64,000 nt of DNA from Chloroflexota bacterium. Lineage in GTDB: Bacteria; Chloroflexota; Anaerolineae; UBA1429. Location: the NCBI GenBank assembly GCA_036774405.1, contig DAIPBO010000009.1, positions 8,083-72,082 of the forward strand, in the 5' to 3' direction. Below, piece by piece: positions 1 through 9,415 of the stretch (position 1 is the stretch's first letter; the number at the start of each line of letters is the position of its first letter). The notes under the pieces are model-generated. The model searched no databases, was not told where the DNA came from, and saw only the letters and a program-made list of their open reading frames with translations. The position numbers and the translations under genes were made by a program.

Positions 1-1
1 C

Positions 2-1018
2 GCGGCGCTGCGCGGAGAGCGCGCCGACCGCATCCCTGTGTCACCCTGGGGCCTGGCCAAGGTGCCACGTCAGAGTCCTGCGGGGCAGGCTCTACTCGAG
101 AAGGCCGATCCCTTCATCGACATCGGCCTCGGCTGCGATGCTGTTGGCGGCCTGGATTGGCGGCCTGAAGTGAGCGTCTCGGGGCCTGTGCGCACGCTAC
201 GAGTACGGCTGGCCGATCGTGATCTGACGGCAGCCTTCACTACGACAGCAGAGACTACGGCAGCCACCGAGTATCTCTGTAAAAACGGTGATGACTTGCG
301 GGCACTCCTCGAGGCGCCTTACCGTGAGCCGGTACCCGACGCCTCAGCCTACCGTGCGCTGCAGGAGGAGATCGGTGGGCGTGGGCTGGTGATCTTGGGT
401 TTTGGCAACGCGCTCAACTACCTGCACGATGCGATGGGGCCCGAGCTCTGTTGTCAACTCTGGGCAGAGCAGCCGGCGCTGCTCATGTGGGCCGCGAGCG
501 TGGCTGCCGAACGGATTCAGCGAGTGGTGGCCCGTGCCTGTGAAGCCGGCGTGGATTGTGTGCGCATCTATGGCGGCGAGTATGCCAGCGAACTGATGGG
601 GCCACGCGCCTGGAAACACCTGGTGATGCCCTTTGACAAGCCCCTGGTGGAGATGGCACATGCCGAAGGGGCGTTGGTGCACTATCACAATCACGGCCGC
701 ATGCAGCGTTGGCTGGAGTGTATTGCTGACCTGGGCGTGGACTCTCTGGACCCTATCGAGCAGCCGCCCTACGGCGATATGACCATGAGCGAGGCTCATC
801 GACGCATCGGCGACCGCGTCTGTCTGGTGGGAGGCCTCGATGATATGGAAGTGCTCGAAACGCGGCCCTGGACCGAGATCGAGCCACTGGCGCGCGAGCT
901 GCTGAACACCGTGGGCCCAAAGCGCTTTGTGTTGGGCGGCACTTCATCGAGCCTGTTTGGTGAGCGCGCAGCGCGGCACTTTATCAGGCTGGTTGATCTA
1001 GTGATCGAGTATAGCTAG
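2..1018 (+). CDS. Uroporphyrinogen decarboxylase (URO-D)-like family protein (MtaA/CmuA-type methyltransferase/decarboxylase fold). Probably 5'-partial, because the frame is open to the window edge and the first ATG is at 38.
   Basis: 326-aa ORF. The C-terminal half (VDCVRIYGGEY...HYHNHGRMQRW...DSLDPIEQPP...VLGGTSSSLF) resembles URO-D family proteins. There is no stop in frame upstream of the first Met. Confidence 0.5.
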   Translation, partial: AALRGERADRIPVSPWGLAKVPRQSPAGQALLEKADPFIDIGLGCDAVGGLDWRPEVSVSGPVRTLRVRLADRDLTAAFTTTAETTAATEYLCKNGDDLRALLEAPYREPVPDASAYRALQEEIGGRGLVILGFGNALNYLHDAMGPELCCQLWAEQPALLMWAASVAAERIQRVVARACEAGVDCVRIYGGEYASELMGPRAWKHLVMPFDKPLVEMAHAEGALVHYHNHGRMQRWLECIADLGVDSLDPIEQPPYGDMTMSEAHRRIGDRVCLVGGLDDMEVLETRPWTEIEPLARELLNTVGPKRFVLGGTSSSLFGERAARHFIRLVDLVIEYS

Positions 1019-1030
1019 AGGGAGATAGAC

Positions 1031-2104
1031 ATGACCGAGATGACCGAGCGCGGCGCTTTCTCATGGCATGAAATCGTCACTCAGGCGAGTAGCTGGCAGG
1101 GGGCGTTAATGGCCGCCAGCGCCAAGGGCCAGGCCGCCAAAGCTCTGCTGGCCCCCGTCAATCGAGTGCTCTTTATAGGCTGTGGCTCGACGCACTATCT
1201 GGCCCAGTTTGCAGCGCCTTTTTACCAGGTGGTAACGGGCTGTGCCAGCCAGGCCGTGCCCTCGTCCGAACTGCTGCTGCAGACCGAAACGGTGATCGCC
1301 CGTGGTGATCGGCCAGCGGTGGTGGCGCTGTCGCGCTCAGGTGAGACGAGCGAGACGATTATGGCCATGCAAAAGGCAGCTCAGCTTGGCTGCCCGACGC
1401 TCACCATCAGCTGCTACGAGGATGTTGGGCTGGCGCGTGTGTCAGATCTGACCATCGGCATCCCCGAAGGTCGTGAGGAGAGCTTTGCGCAAACGCGCTC
1501 GTTCGCTGGCATGTTGGTGGCAGCGCAGGTGGTGGCTGCGCTTGTGGCGGGGGATGCTGCCCTGTTGACCGAGCTGGGTCGGCTGCCTGGCCTGGCACAG
1601 GGCGTCATCTCGCGCGCGCAGCCGGTGGCACAGCGCTGGGGCGAAGATGAGACGATCAAGCGCATCACGTATCTCGGCTCGGGCTGGGTCTATGGTCTGG
1701 CAAGTGAGGCTACGGTCAAGATGAAGGAGATGTCCCTTTCAATGGCCGAGCCCTATCACTTTATGGAGTTCAGGCATGGGCCCATGTCGCTGGTCGACCA
1801 GGAGCATCTCATCGTGGCGCTGCTCTCAGACAGTGTGCGTGAATATGAGCTGGCTGTGCTCCGCGATCTGAAAGCGCGGGGGGCGCGCGTGCTGGCTGTG
1901 AGCAATAGAGTCGATGATTTGGCCGAGTTCGACGACGCCTATGCGCTACAGGCTACCGTTGGCGAGCGAGCTCGCCCTGTGCTCTACCTGCCGCTGGTGC
2001 AGCTCATGGCCTACTACCGGTCAATGCATCGAGGGCTGAACCCTGATCGCCCCCGCAACGTGGTGATGGCGATCAAACTCACTGGAACGGAGATGGGCGC
2101 ATGA
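1031..2104 (+). CDS. SIS-domain sugar-phosphate isomerase/aminotransferase-like protein (AgaS/FrlB/GlmS C-terminal-like).
   Basis: Two SIS-like halves are present. Motifs GCGSTHYLAQF and SRSGETSETI are typical of SIS phosphosugar-binding domains. The stop overlaps the start of the next gene (ATGA). Confidence 0.6.
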   Translation: MTEMTERGAFSWHEIVTQASSWQGALMAASAKGQAAKALLAPVNRVLFIGCGSTHYLAQFAAPFYQVVTGCASQAVPSSELLLQTETVIARGDRPAVVALSRSGETSETIMAMQKAAQLGCPTLTISCYEDVGLARVSDLTIGIPEGREESFAQTRSFAGMLVAAQVVAALVAGDAALLTELGRLPGLAQGVISRAQPVAQRWGEDETIKRITYLGSGWVYGLASEATVKMKEMSLSMAEPYHFMEFRHGPMSLVDQEHLIVALLSDSVREYELAVLRDLKARGARVLAVSNRVDDLAEFDDAYALQATVGERARPVLYLPLVQLMAYYRSMHRGLNPDRPRNVVMAIKLTGTEMGA

Positions 2105-3024
2105 GAGACTATGACTTGCTGGTCGTTGGCGAGCTCAACCCTGATCTGATCCTCAAGGGCAATGTTGACCCCGAGTTTGGTCAGGTTGAGAAGCTTGTCG
2201 ATGATTTCACAGTGGCGCCAGGCGGCTCGAGCTCGATCTTTGCGGCGAGCGCCGCCAAAATGGGCCTCAAGGTGCTCTACGCCAGCCGTGTGGGCGATGA
2301 TATCTTTGGCCATTACATGATCGATGCGTTGCAGGCGATCGGGATCGACACCCGCTATGTCAGAGTAGATCCCGAGATCAAGACCGGCGCCACGGTCATT
2401 CTGTCTCGCGGGCAGGACCGAGCGATGCTCACCTATCTGGGCTCGCTGAGCGTTATCTCGCGGCGAGACGTCGATCCCGCCTGGTTCTCGCGAGTGCGGC
2501 ACCTGCATGTTGCCAGTCCCTTTTTGCTGACGGGGCTGCGCCCGCACATGCCCACCCTGATGCGTGAGGCCAAGGCAGACGGGATGACGGTGTCGCTCGA
2601 CACCAACTGGGACCCTGAGGAGTCGTGGCATCTCGACGGCATGTTCGACCATCTCGACGTATTCCTGCCCAATGAGGGTGAGCTCATGGCCATCACGGGC
2701 AGGAGCGATCTGGATGCGGCCATCCAGATGATGGCTCCGCAGGTGCCTGTGCTGGCAGTCAAGCGAGGAGGTGACGGCGCCACCGGCGTGCAGCGTGGGC
2801 AGCGCATCGACGTGCCAGCCTTTCCTGTCGATGTCAAGGATACGACCGGTGCTGGAGATACCTTTGATGGTGGCTTCCTGGCGGCCTGGCTGGCTGGCAA
2901 GTCACTTGAGGAGTGCCTGCGCTTTGGCACGGCTTGTGGCAGTCTGACCACCACCATCCTGGGGGGGTTCAATGGGCAACCCACTTGGGACGAGGCCGAA
3001 GCCCATATTCGTGCGCATCTCTAG
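2101..3024 (+). CDS. PfkB-family carbohydrate kinase (ribokinase-like).
   Basis: C-terminal DTTGAGDTFDGGFLAAWL anion-hole/ATP motif of the PfkB family. N-terminal GG motif region is present. Size is 307 aa. Confidence 0.75.
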   Translation: MRDYDLLVVGELNPDLILKGNVDPEFGQVEKLVDDFTVAPGGSSSIFAASAAKMGLKVLYASRVGDDIFGHYMIDALQAIGIDTRYVRVDPEIKTGATVILSRGQDRAMLTYLGSLSVISRRDVDPAWFSRVRHLHVASPFLLTGLRPHMPTLMREAKADGMTVSLDTNWDPEESWHLDGMFDHLDVFLPNEGELMAITGRSDLDAAIQMMAPQVPVLAVKRGGDGATGVQRGQRIDVPAFPVDVKDTTGAGDTFDGGFLAAWLAGKSLEECLRFGTACGSLTTTILGGFNGQPTWDEAEAHIRAHL

Positions 3025-3040
3025 CCGATGTGCGTCCAGT

Positions 3041-3079
3041 GAACAAGAAGGGCGCCCCTTAGGGGCGCCCTTCTTGTTC
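3041..3079. terminator. Bidirectional intrinsic terminator hairpin between convergent pfkB-like and uxuA-like genes.
   Basis: Perfect 18-bp inverted repeat GAACAAGAAGGGCGCCCC / GGGGCGCCCTTCTTGTTC with a 3-nt loop. Confidence 0.6.
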
Positions 3080-4068
3080 TAGCGCGTCTTTTCGACTGCC
3101 TCGATCAGTCCCTTCATATAGCCGACAGCGAACAGCCGCCCCCACAGGCTGTATCCAGGGCGGGCGTTGGTGTCGCCTTCGATGGTGGGCACATGATCTG
3201 GGCGCATGGGCCCCTCGAAGCCAGCATCATAGTAGGCACGCATGGCCGCGAACATGTCGGTGTCGCCATCGTCGTGGAACATCTCGCAAAAGTCGGTTGC
3301 CAGGCCGTGCAGGTTGCGGAAATGCGCAAAGAACAGCCTGCCTTGACGACCAAACCTGGTGATGGTCGCTGGCACATCGATGCCCATCTCGGCAAAGCAC
3401 CCCTGGCAGAAAGTGAGCCCGTTCGCCGGGCTGGGCACCAGGTCGATCATCCGCTGGAATGCCTCGGGGCTGGTCATGATGCGGGCCATGCCGCGAATGG
3501 GCGACAGAGGTGGATCGTCGGGGTGCATGGCAAGTTTTACACCAGCCTCCTCGGCCACCGGCACCACCGCGCGCAAAAAGTAGCCAAGGGCATCCCAGAG
3601 CTGCTCCTCGTCGATCGGTCCGTAGGGGTTCATTGGCCCGCGCTGCATCAGCTCGTGGTTGTAGCTAGTGGCCAGCGCGTCGCCGCGTACGCGGGTGGTG
3701 AACGAAGTGCGCAGCCAGCCAAAGGCGGCCATCCAGTTGTAACAGATGATGGGGATGCCTACCGCACCCACATTGCGCAACGATTGCTGCCAGTTCTCGA
3801 TATCCTCATCGCGGCCATCAAGCCCGAGTTTGACGCGGTCGCTGATGGGCATGCTCTCGATGACAGACCAGCACAGCCCTGCATCCGATACCTTGCGCTG
3901 TTTGACCAAGAGCGACTGGAAATCCCAGACGCCGGTGCCACCCCCCTCATGGGCTCCCAACGACGTGACGACATCTGTCGCGCCGATCTGGCGCGCCAAC
4001 CTGAGCGTGCCTTCTTCGAGATCCGGAAGGACCAGTCCTATGCGCACTTTTCGCCTCCCTAACTCCAC
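3079..4068 (-). CDS. uxuA: Mannonate dehydratase (UxuA family, xylose-isomerase-like TIM barrel).
   Basis: The CYNWMAAFGWLRTS region matches the conserved UxuA motif (YNFMPVxDWTRT). Size 329 aa. Sits in a sugar-acid gene context. Confidence 0.55.
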   Translation of the reverse strand: MELGRRKVRIGLVLPDLEEGTLRLARQIGATDVVTSLGAHEGGGTGVWDFQSLLVKQRKVSDAGLCWSVIESMPISDRVKLGLDGRDEDIENWQQSLRNVGAVGIPIICYNWMAAFGWLRTSFTTRVRGDALATSYNHELMQRGPMNPYGPIDEEQLWDALGYFLRAVVPVAEEAGVKLAMHPDDPPLSPIRGMARIMTSPEAFQRMIDLVPSPANGLTFCQGCFAEMGIDVPATITRFGRQGRLFFAHFRNLHGLATDFCEMFHDDGDTDMFAAMRAYYDAGFEGPMRPDHVPTIEGDTNARPGYSLWGRLFAVGYMKGLIEAVEKTR

Positions 4069-5411
4069 AGTCTGTCATGAGCGTATTCGTCGTTCCAGGC
4101 GTCAGTGGGCGCCCAGAGCCCTGGATCATCCGAGCTGATATGGGCAGCGATGACCTCGTCATTGAGCGCCTCGATGCCAAGGCCAGGCGCATCGCTCACG
4201 GTCACATAGCCCTGGTCGACGATTGGCTTGTGTGGGCCGATCACGAGGTCGTCCCACCAGGGCAGGTCTACCGAGTGAACCTCGAGCGCGACAAAGTTCT
4301 CGGTGGCCGCTGCGGCATGGGCTGCAGCCATGCAGGCGATGGGCGTCTCGGCCATATGGATGGCCATGACGGCCGCGTGCTCTTGCGCCAGATCACCGAT
4401 CTTTTTGAGTTCATAGATGCCGCCACAGGTGAGCACGTCTGGATGCACCACCGTGACGCCCCCCGAAGTGAGTAATGGTACAAAGCCCTCTTTGAGGTAG
4501 ATGTCTTCACCGGTGCAGATGGGTGTATGACACGATTGCGCCAGCCGCGCATACTGCTCGGTGAGTCGCCAGGGCACCATGTCCTCATACCAGGCCAGAT
4601 TGTACTTGTCGAGGCGTTGAGCGATCTTGCAGCAGTCCTCGATGCCGATATGGCCAAAGTGATCGCTAGCCAAAGGCACATCGTAGCCGATGACGCTGCG
4701 TACATCGGCTACGTACTGCTCCATCTGGTCAAGCCCCTTTTCGGTAACACGTATGCCGGTGAATTGGTGGGGGATGTTATCCAGATCGTAGCGGCGATTA
4801 CGCACCTGGCGCTGCTCCTCGACCGAGGCCCCTGCCGGAGCGTGGCGTGGCGTGTGCCAAAAGGCCTCCAGGTGGCCGAGCGGCGCCGTCAGGGCACCGG
4901 GAACATCGCGTAGCATACCGATGCCAACGTCCATCTTGAGAAAGGTAAAGCCACGCTCCATGCGCTTCTTGAGCGCCTCGCCCATGGCCTGGCCGGTGTC
5001 CTTTCCCTGCACATCGGTATCGCAATAGCAGCGGATGCGATCGCGGAACTTGCCGCCGAGCATCTGATACACGGGCACGCCATAGGCCTTGCCAGCCAGG
5101 TCCCACAAGGCTACCTCAAGGCCCGACACGCCGCCGCCCTGCCGGGCATGATAGCCAAACTGTTTGATGCGGCGAAAGATGCGGTCTACATTACAGGGGT
5201 TCTCGCCCAAGAGGCGGCCCTTGAGCATGAGGGCATAGGTCTTGCTGGCGCCGTCGCGCACCTCACCATAGCCCACCAGGCCCTGGTTTGTGTAGACCTT
5301 GATCATGGGCCAGCGACCAACGGTGGCGATGCGGATGTCGGTGATCTTGAGCGCCGAGGGCGATGAATGGGTGTTGACGTGCGCGAGCGTGTGCTCATAG
5401 TTGTCAGTCAT
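4059..5411 (-). CDS. Enolase-superfamily dehydratase, D-mannonate/galactonate dehydratase (ManD)-like. Start re-assigned to the internal Met with a GGGAGG RBS.
   Basis: N-terminus LKITDIRIATVGRWPMIKVYTNQGLVGYGE aligns to the ManD N-terminal capping domain (MKIT..R....G.....LK.ETD.G..G.G). Mandelate racemase/muconate lactonizing fold features run throughout. The ORF-track start (5498) adds 29 non-conserved residues. Confidence 0.55.
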   Translation of the reverse strand: MTDNYEHTLAHVNTHSSPSALKITDIRIATVGRWPMIKVYTNQGLVGYGEVRDGASKTYALMLKGRLLGENPCNVDRIFRRIKQFGYHARQGGGVSGLEVALWDLAGKAYGVPVYQMLGGKFRDRIRCYCDTDVQGKDTGQAMGEALKKRMERGFTFLKMDVGIGMLRDVPGALTAPLGHLEAFWHTPRHAPAGASVEEQRQVRNRRYDLDNIPHQFTGIRVTEKGLDQMEQYVADVRSVIGYDVPLASDHFGHIGIEDCCKIAQRLDKYNLAWYEDMVPWRLTEQYARLAQSCHTPICTGEDIYLKEGFVPLLTSGGVTVVHPDVLTCGGIYELKKIGDLAQEHAAVMAIHMAETPIACMAAAHAAAATENFVALEVHSVDLPWWDDLVIGPHKPIVDQGYVTVSDAPGLGIEALNDEVIAAHISSDDPGLWAPTDAWNDEYAHDRLWS

Positions 5412-5491
5412 AGTGGGGCCTCCCGGAGCGATCTGTGCCCAGAGTCGAGCGCAGTCGAGGTTGGGCGTGAGCATAGAGAAAGGGAAGGGGC

Positions 5492-6538
5492 ATGTCAAGC
5501 GATCAAGACCGAATCGAGGCGGCGCGCACGTTGCTGCGCCAGCACCTGACGATCGATGGTCATAACGATGCCATCGTGGCGCATGTGCGCCACCACAACA
5601 GCAGTCTGGCCGGTCGCCGCGATGCGGCGCGCCGGCACTCTGGCACTATCTCGTTCGCCTGGGAGCATGAGAATCTGCAGCCGACCGGTAGCTTACAGCT
5701 CGATTTGCCCCGCATGCGCGAGGTCGGGTTGGATATGGGCTTTTTCGCGATCGACGTGACGCCTGCCTTTCCCAACAACCTGGCGTACGCCCTCGATGGG
5801 GTGGGCTACTTTCTGAACGATGTCGACGGGTGCAGTAATGTGCAGGTGATTCGTTGCGTGACCGACCTGTACGCTGCTCGCGAGCGCGGCGCCGTGGGTG
5901 TGTTGCTCGCTATCGAGCATGCCGATGCCACGGCGCGTAGCCTCAATGTCCTGCGGGCGCTCTATGAGCTGGGCGTGCGTTCCATCGGGCTGACGCACAA
6001 TGTCAGCAGTTGGGCGGCTGATGGTTGTCTACAGGCGCGCGAGGGCGTGGGCCTGACAACGTTCGGCGTTTCGTTGGTGCAAGAGATGAACCGACTGGGC
6101 ATGATCGTCGATCTGGCCCATGTCAGCCCTGGAGCCTTTGCTCACGCCATAGAAGTCAGTTCGCGGCCAGTGATCTTTTCGCATGGGAATGCTCGCGCCC
6201 TGCGCGACCATCCGCGCAACCTCAGTGACGATCAGTTGCGCGCTCTGGCGCGCAATGGCGGGGTGATCGGACTGAGCCTGGTGCGCTACTTTATCGATGA
6301 TGAGGACAAAGCCTCAGTAGAGCGCTGGGTCGATCACGCCGTGCACGTCACAGAGGTGGCTGGCATCGAGACGGTTGCGCTCGGAAGCGACTTTGATGGC
6401 GGCGGCACCCTGCTGAACGACGTCACCGAGCTGCCGCGGCTGGTCGATGCGCTGGCATGTCGTGGATATACTGAGGATGAACTCTTGGCGATACTGGGTG
6501 GCAACTGGTTGCGAGTCCTCAAGGCCACCATCGGGTGA
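5492..6538 (+). CDS. Membrane dipeptidase (peptidase family M19, renal dipeptidase-like).
   Basis: N-terminal IDGHNDAIVAH motif. Conserved His/Asp metal-ligand spacing (HVSPGAFAHAIEVS, FSHGNAR). Size 348 aa. Confidence 0.7.
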   Translation: MSSDQDRIEAARTLLRQHLTIDGHNDAIVAHVRHHNSSLAGRRDAARRHSGTISFAWEHENLQPTGSLQLDLPRMREVGLDMGFFAIDVTPAFPNNLAYALDGVGYFLNDVDGCSNVQVIRCVTDLYAARERGAVGVLLAIEHADATARSLNVLRALYELGVRSIGLTHNVSSWAADGCLQAREGVGLTTFGVSLVQEMNRLGMIVDLAHVSPGAFAHAIEVSSRPVIFSHGNARALRDHPRNLSDDQLRALARNGGVIGLSLVRYFIDDEDKASVERWVDHAVHVTEVAGIETVALGSDFDGGGTLLNDVTELPRLVDALACRGYTEDELLAILGGNWLRVLKATIG

Positions 6539-6547
6539 AACGATCAA

Positions 6548-6569
6548 GCGGGGCACCACAGTGCCCCGC
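6548..6569. terminator. Bidirectional terminator hairpin between convergent genes.
   Basis: GCGGGGCAC-caca-GTGCCCCGC, a 9-bp perfect stem with a 4-nt loop. Confidence 0.5.
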
Positions 6570-6586
6570 CTAGCTAACGCCGCTGA

Positions 6587-7489
6587 CTAGTTGTGCCGCG
6601 CGGGAATGCCGTATGACTTGGCATGTTCGGTGAGCTCGTCCATGAGGTCGGTTGTCGGACGCTTGAGGTCGCGCGCGCGATAGTCAATGTCCAGGCTGTC
6701 GTACTTGCTGGTGGCCATCGGGTGGAAGGGCAGCAGCTCATAGTACATCAGGTTGGGAAGCTTGCTGACGAACTCGGCGATTTTGCCAATCTCCTCTTTG
6801 TTATCGTTGATACCAGGGATGATCGGCGTGCGAATGAGCAATGGTTGCGGCTGCTGGCCCAGTCGGACAGCGTTGGCGAGGATGCGCTCGTTGGGCACGC
6901 TGGTGCACTCGCGGTGCTTGTCCGAGTCCATCACTTTGATGTCCATCATCACGATGTCTACCACTGGCAAGATGGCCTCGACCCGCTCCCAGGGAAAGTT
7001 TGCAGCGGTCTCGATGGCGGTCTGAATACCCTCGCGGCGGCACCCTTCGAGGATGTCATACGAGAACTCGAGCTGCAGCAGCGGCTCGCCACCAGACAGC
7101 GTGACCCCGCCCTCTGACGTCTCATAGAAGGCCTTGTCGCGCATGATCTCTTGGAGCACCTCTTCGTGGGTTTTTACCTCGCCCACGAGCACCAGCGCCT
7201 CGGAGAAGCAGTTGTCAGCGCACAGGCCGCAGCCAGTGCATAGCTCGCGCTTGAACACATGAACGTCATCAACCATGACGTGTGCACCTACAGGGCATAC
7301 CCGGAAGCATGCTCCGCAAGCGATGCAGCGCTCGGGAAAGAACTGGATCTCGGGCTTTGGCGCCAGAGTCTCGGGGTTATGGCACCAAAAGCAGCGCAGA
7401 TTGCACCCCTTGAGAAAGACGGTTGTCCGGATACCAGGACCGTCGTGAATGGAGAATCGCTGAATGTTGGTGATGACGCCTTCCGACAT
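6587..7489 (-). CDS. Glycyl-radical enzyme activating protein (radical SAM, PflA/YjjW-like, with an extra 2x[4Fe-4S] ferredoxin insert).
   Basis: CNLRCFWCHNPE radical-SAM CxxxCxxC motif. This is followed by CIACGACFRVCP and CTGCGLCADNC ferredoxin motifs. Start set at MSEGVITNIQRFSIHDGPGIRT, which is the typical activase N-terminus. Confidence 0.65.
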   Translation of the reverse strand: MSEGVITNIQRFSIHDGPGIRTTVFLKGCNLRCFWCHNPETLAPKPEIQFFPERCIACGACFRVCPVGAHVMVDDVHVFKRELCTGCGLCADNCFSEALVLVGEVKTHEEVLQEIMRDKAFYETSEGGVTLSGGEPLLQLEFSYDILEGCRREGIQTAIETAANFPWERVEAILPVVDIVMMDIKVMDSDKHRECTSVPNERILANAVRLGQQPQPLLIRTPIIPGINDNKEEIGKIAEFVSKLPNLMYYELLPFHPMATSKYDSLDIDYRARDLKRPTTDLMDELTEHAKSYGIPARHN

Positions 7490-7596
7490 GTTCGCCCCAC
7501 TTTGCTTGAGATGATGCGGGGACGTGCCCCCGCTGACCGAAAGCCTCGTCATGGTAAGGCCGCTGTAACAGACTGTCAAATAGCCGCCGGAGCTCA

Positions 7597-7624
7597 TTGT
7601 GAAAATGTCACTCTGCACTATAAT
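7597..7624 (+). promoter_or_regulatory. Candidate sigma-70 promoter (TTGTGA-N16-TATAAT) upstream of the ABC exporter gene.
   Basis: TTGTGA at 7597-7602 and TATAAT at 7619-7624, about 50 nt upstream of the start at 7673. Confidence 0.4.
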
Positions 7625-7672
7625 GAGGGTTGACGTCTGCTGGGAGGTGAGGTTCTGAAAACGCTACTTTTT

Positions 7673-9415
7673 GTGCTCGGTTACACGCGACGCTACATCA
7701 AGCCCATGTTGATCGCAATCGTCAGCATGGTGGTCCTGGTGGCTGTGCGCCTGATCTCTCCGCAGATCATCCGTACGCTCATCGCCCTGGTCTCTGAAGG
7801 CGCCGGAATGGAGGCGATGCCGCAAATCACGCGGCTGGCCGTCGGGCTGCTGGTCATCTATGTGATCCGCGGTCTGATGCAGTTTCTGAGTAGCTATATG
7901 TCGCACTGCGCCGGCTGGGGCGTGGTGGCAGATACGCGCCGTGCGGTGTACCAGCATCTACAGCGGCTATCGCTGCGCTTTTATGAGAATCAGCAGACCG
8001 GGCAGTTGATGTCGCGGGTTATCAACGACACCGAACTGTTCGAGCATCTGATCTCACACGCTGTGCCTGACCTGCTGGTAAACGCGCTGATGCTGGTTGG
8101 CGTGCTGGCTGTCATGTTCTCGATGAACCCGTTGCTGGCTGTGCTGACGATGTTGCCTGTGCCACTGCTGGCCGTAGCAATGCGCGGCTTTGGCAAGTAC
8201 GTGCGCCCCGCCTTTCGTCAGCGCCAGGCAGCGCTGTCTGACCTCAACGCCTCGCTAAACGATAGCCTGTCGGGCGTGCGCGAGATCATGGCGTTCACGC
8301 AGGAGGAAAAGCAGCAGCGCCACATCAGCCGACACATCGATCGCTATCGCGACTCGATGCTTAGGGCACTCAGGCTGATGGCCATGTTTGGTCCGCTGAT
8401 TGAGTTCGCCTCGTCTCTGGGCACCGTGGTGGTCATCTACTTTGGCGGGCGCTTGGCCTTTGGCAAGACGCTGCCCCTGGAAGACCTGGTGGCCTTTTTC
8501 CTTTACCTGGAGCTGTTCTATCAGCCGGTGCGCGTGCTGGGTGGTGTGTGGGAGCGTGTGCAAGAGAGTCTCGCGGGCGCAGATCGCATCAATGAGCTGC
8601 TCAGCGAGCAGCCAGACGTGGCCGACCGGCCTGGAGCCGATCCACTCGAGGCCCCCGTCACCGCTCGCATCGTGCTGGATGACGTCACCTTTGCCTACCA
8701 GGAGGGCGAAACCGTCCTCGAGCATATCGATCTAGCGATCGAATCGGGCCAGGTGGTGGCCCTGGTGGGGCCCACCGGTGTGGGCAAGACGACTCTGGCC
8801 AGCCTCATTCCTCGCTTTTACGATGTCACCGAGGGCGCGGTCTTGCTCGATGGTCGCGATCTGCGTGATCTACAGCTTGCCGGTCTGCGGCAGCAGGTGT
8901 CCATGGTATTGCAGGATGTCTTTTTGTTCACCGGCACCGTACGTGAGAATATCCTCTTCGGGCGTCCCGGGGCCACCGAAGAGGAGATGATCAACGCTGC
9001 CAAGGTGGCCAACGCCCATGATTTCATCATGCATATGCCCGAGGGCTATGACACACTCATCGGTGAGCGCGGCGTCAAACTGTCGGGCGGCCAGAAACAG
9101 CGCATCTCAATCGCTCGCGCCGTGCTGAAAGATGCTCCCATCCTGGTGCTGGACGAGGCTACCTCGTCGGTCGATACCGAGACCGAGGTGCTCATTCAGC
9201 AGGCACTGGAGCGGTTGATGGTTGGTCGTACCACGCTGGTGATCGCTCACCGGCTGTCGACCATTCGCAACGCCGATAAGATCGTTGTGCTTGAAGGCAA
9301 GGGCATCTCTCAGCAGGGCACTCACGATGAACTGATCGCCCAGGATGGTCTCTATCGTCATCTGTGGGAGGTGCAGGGACAGCTAGCCAGCTTCGGGGTG
9401 CCGACGCTCGGCTAG
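7673..9415 (+). CDS. ABC transporter, fused permease/ATP-binding subunit (MsbA/type I exporter family).
   Basis: Six-TM N-terminal domain. Walker A GPTGVGKTT, ABC signature LSGGQKQR and Walker B ILVLDEATS. Size 580 aa. Confidence 0.85.
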   Translation: MLGYTRRYIKPMLIAIVSMVVLVAVRLISPQIIRTLIALVSEGAGMEAMPQITRLAVGLLVIYVIRGLMQFLSSYMSHCAGWGVVADTRRAVYQHLQRLSLRFYENQQTGQLMSRVINDTELFEHLISHAVPDLLVNALMLVGVLAVMFSMNPLLAVLTMLPVPLLAVAMRGFGKYVRPAFRQRQAALSDLNASLNDSLSGVREIMAFTQEEKQQRHISRHIDRYRDSMLRALRLMAMFGPLIEFASSLGTVVVIYFGGRLAFGKTLPLEDLVAFFLYLELFYQPVRVLGGVWERVQESLAGADRINELLSEQPDVADRPGADPLEAPVTARIVLDDVTFAYQEGETVLEHIDLAIESGQVVALVGPTGVGKTTLASLIPRFYDVTEGAVLLDGRDLRDLQLAGLRQQVSMVLQDVFLFTGTVRENILFGRPGATEEEMINAAKVANAHDFIMHMPEGYDTLIGERGVKLSGGQKQRISIARAVLKDAPILVLDEATSSVDTETEVLIQQALERLMVGRTTLVIAHRLSTIRNADKIVVLEGKGISQQGTHDELIAQDGLYRHLWEVQGQLASFGVPTLG

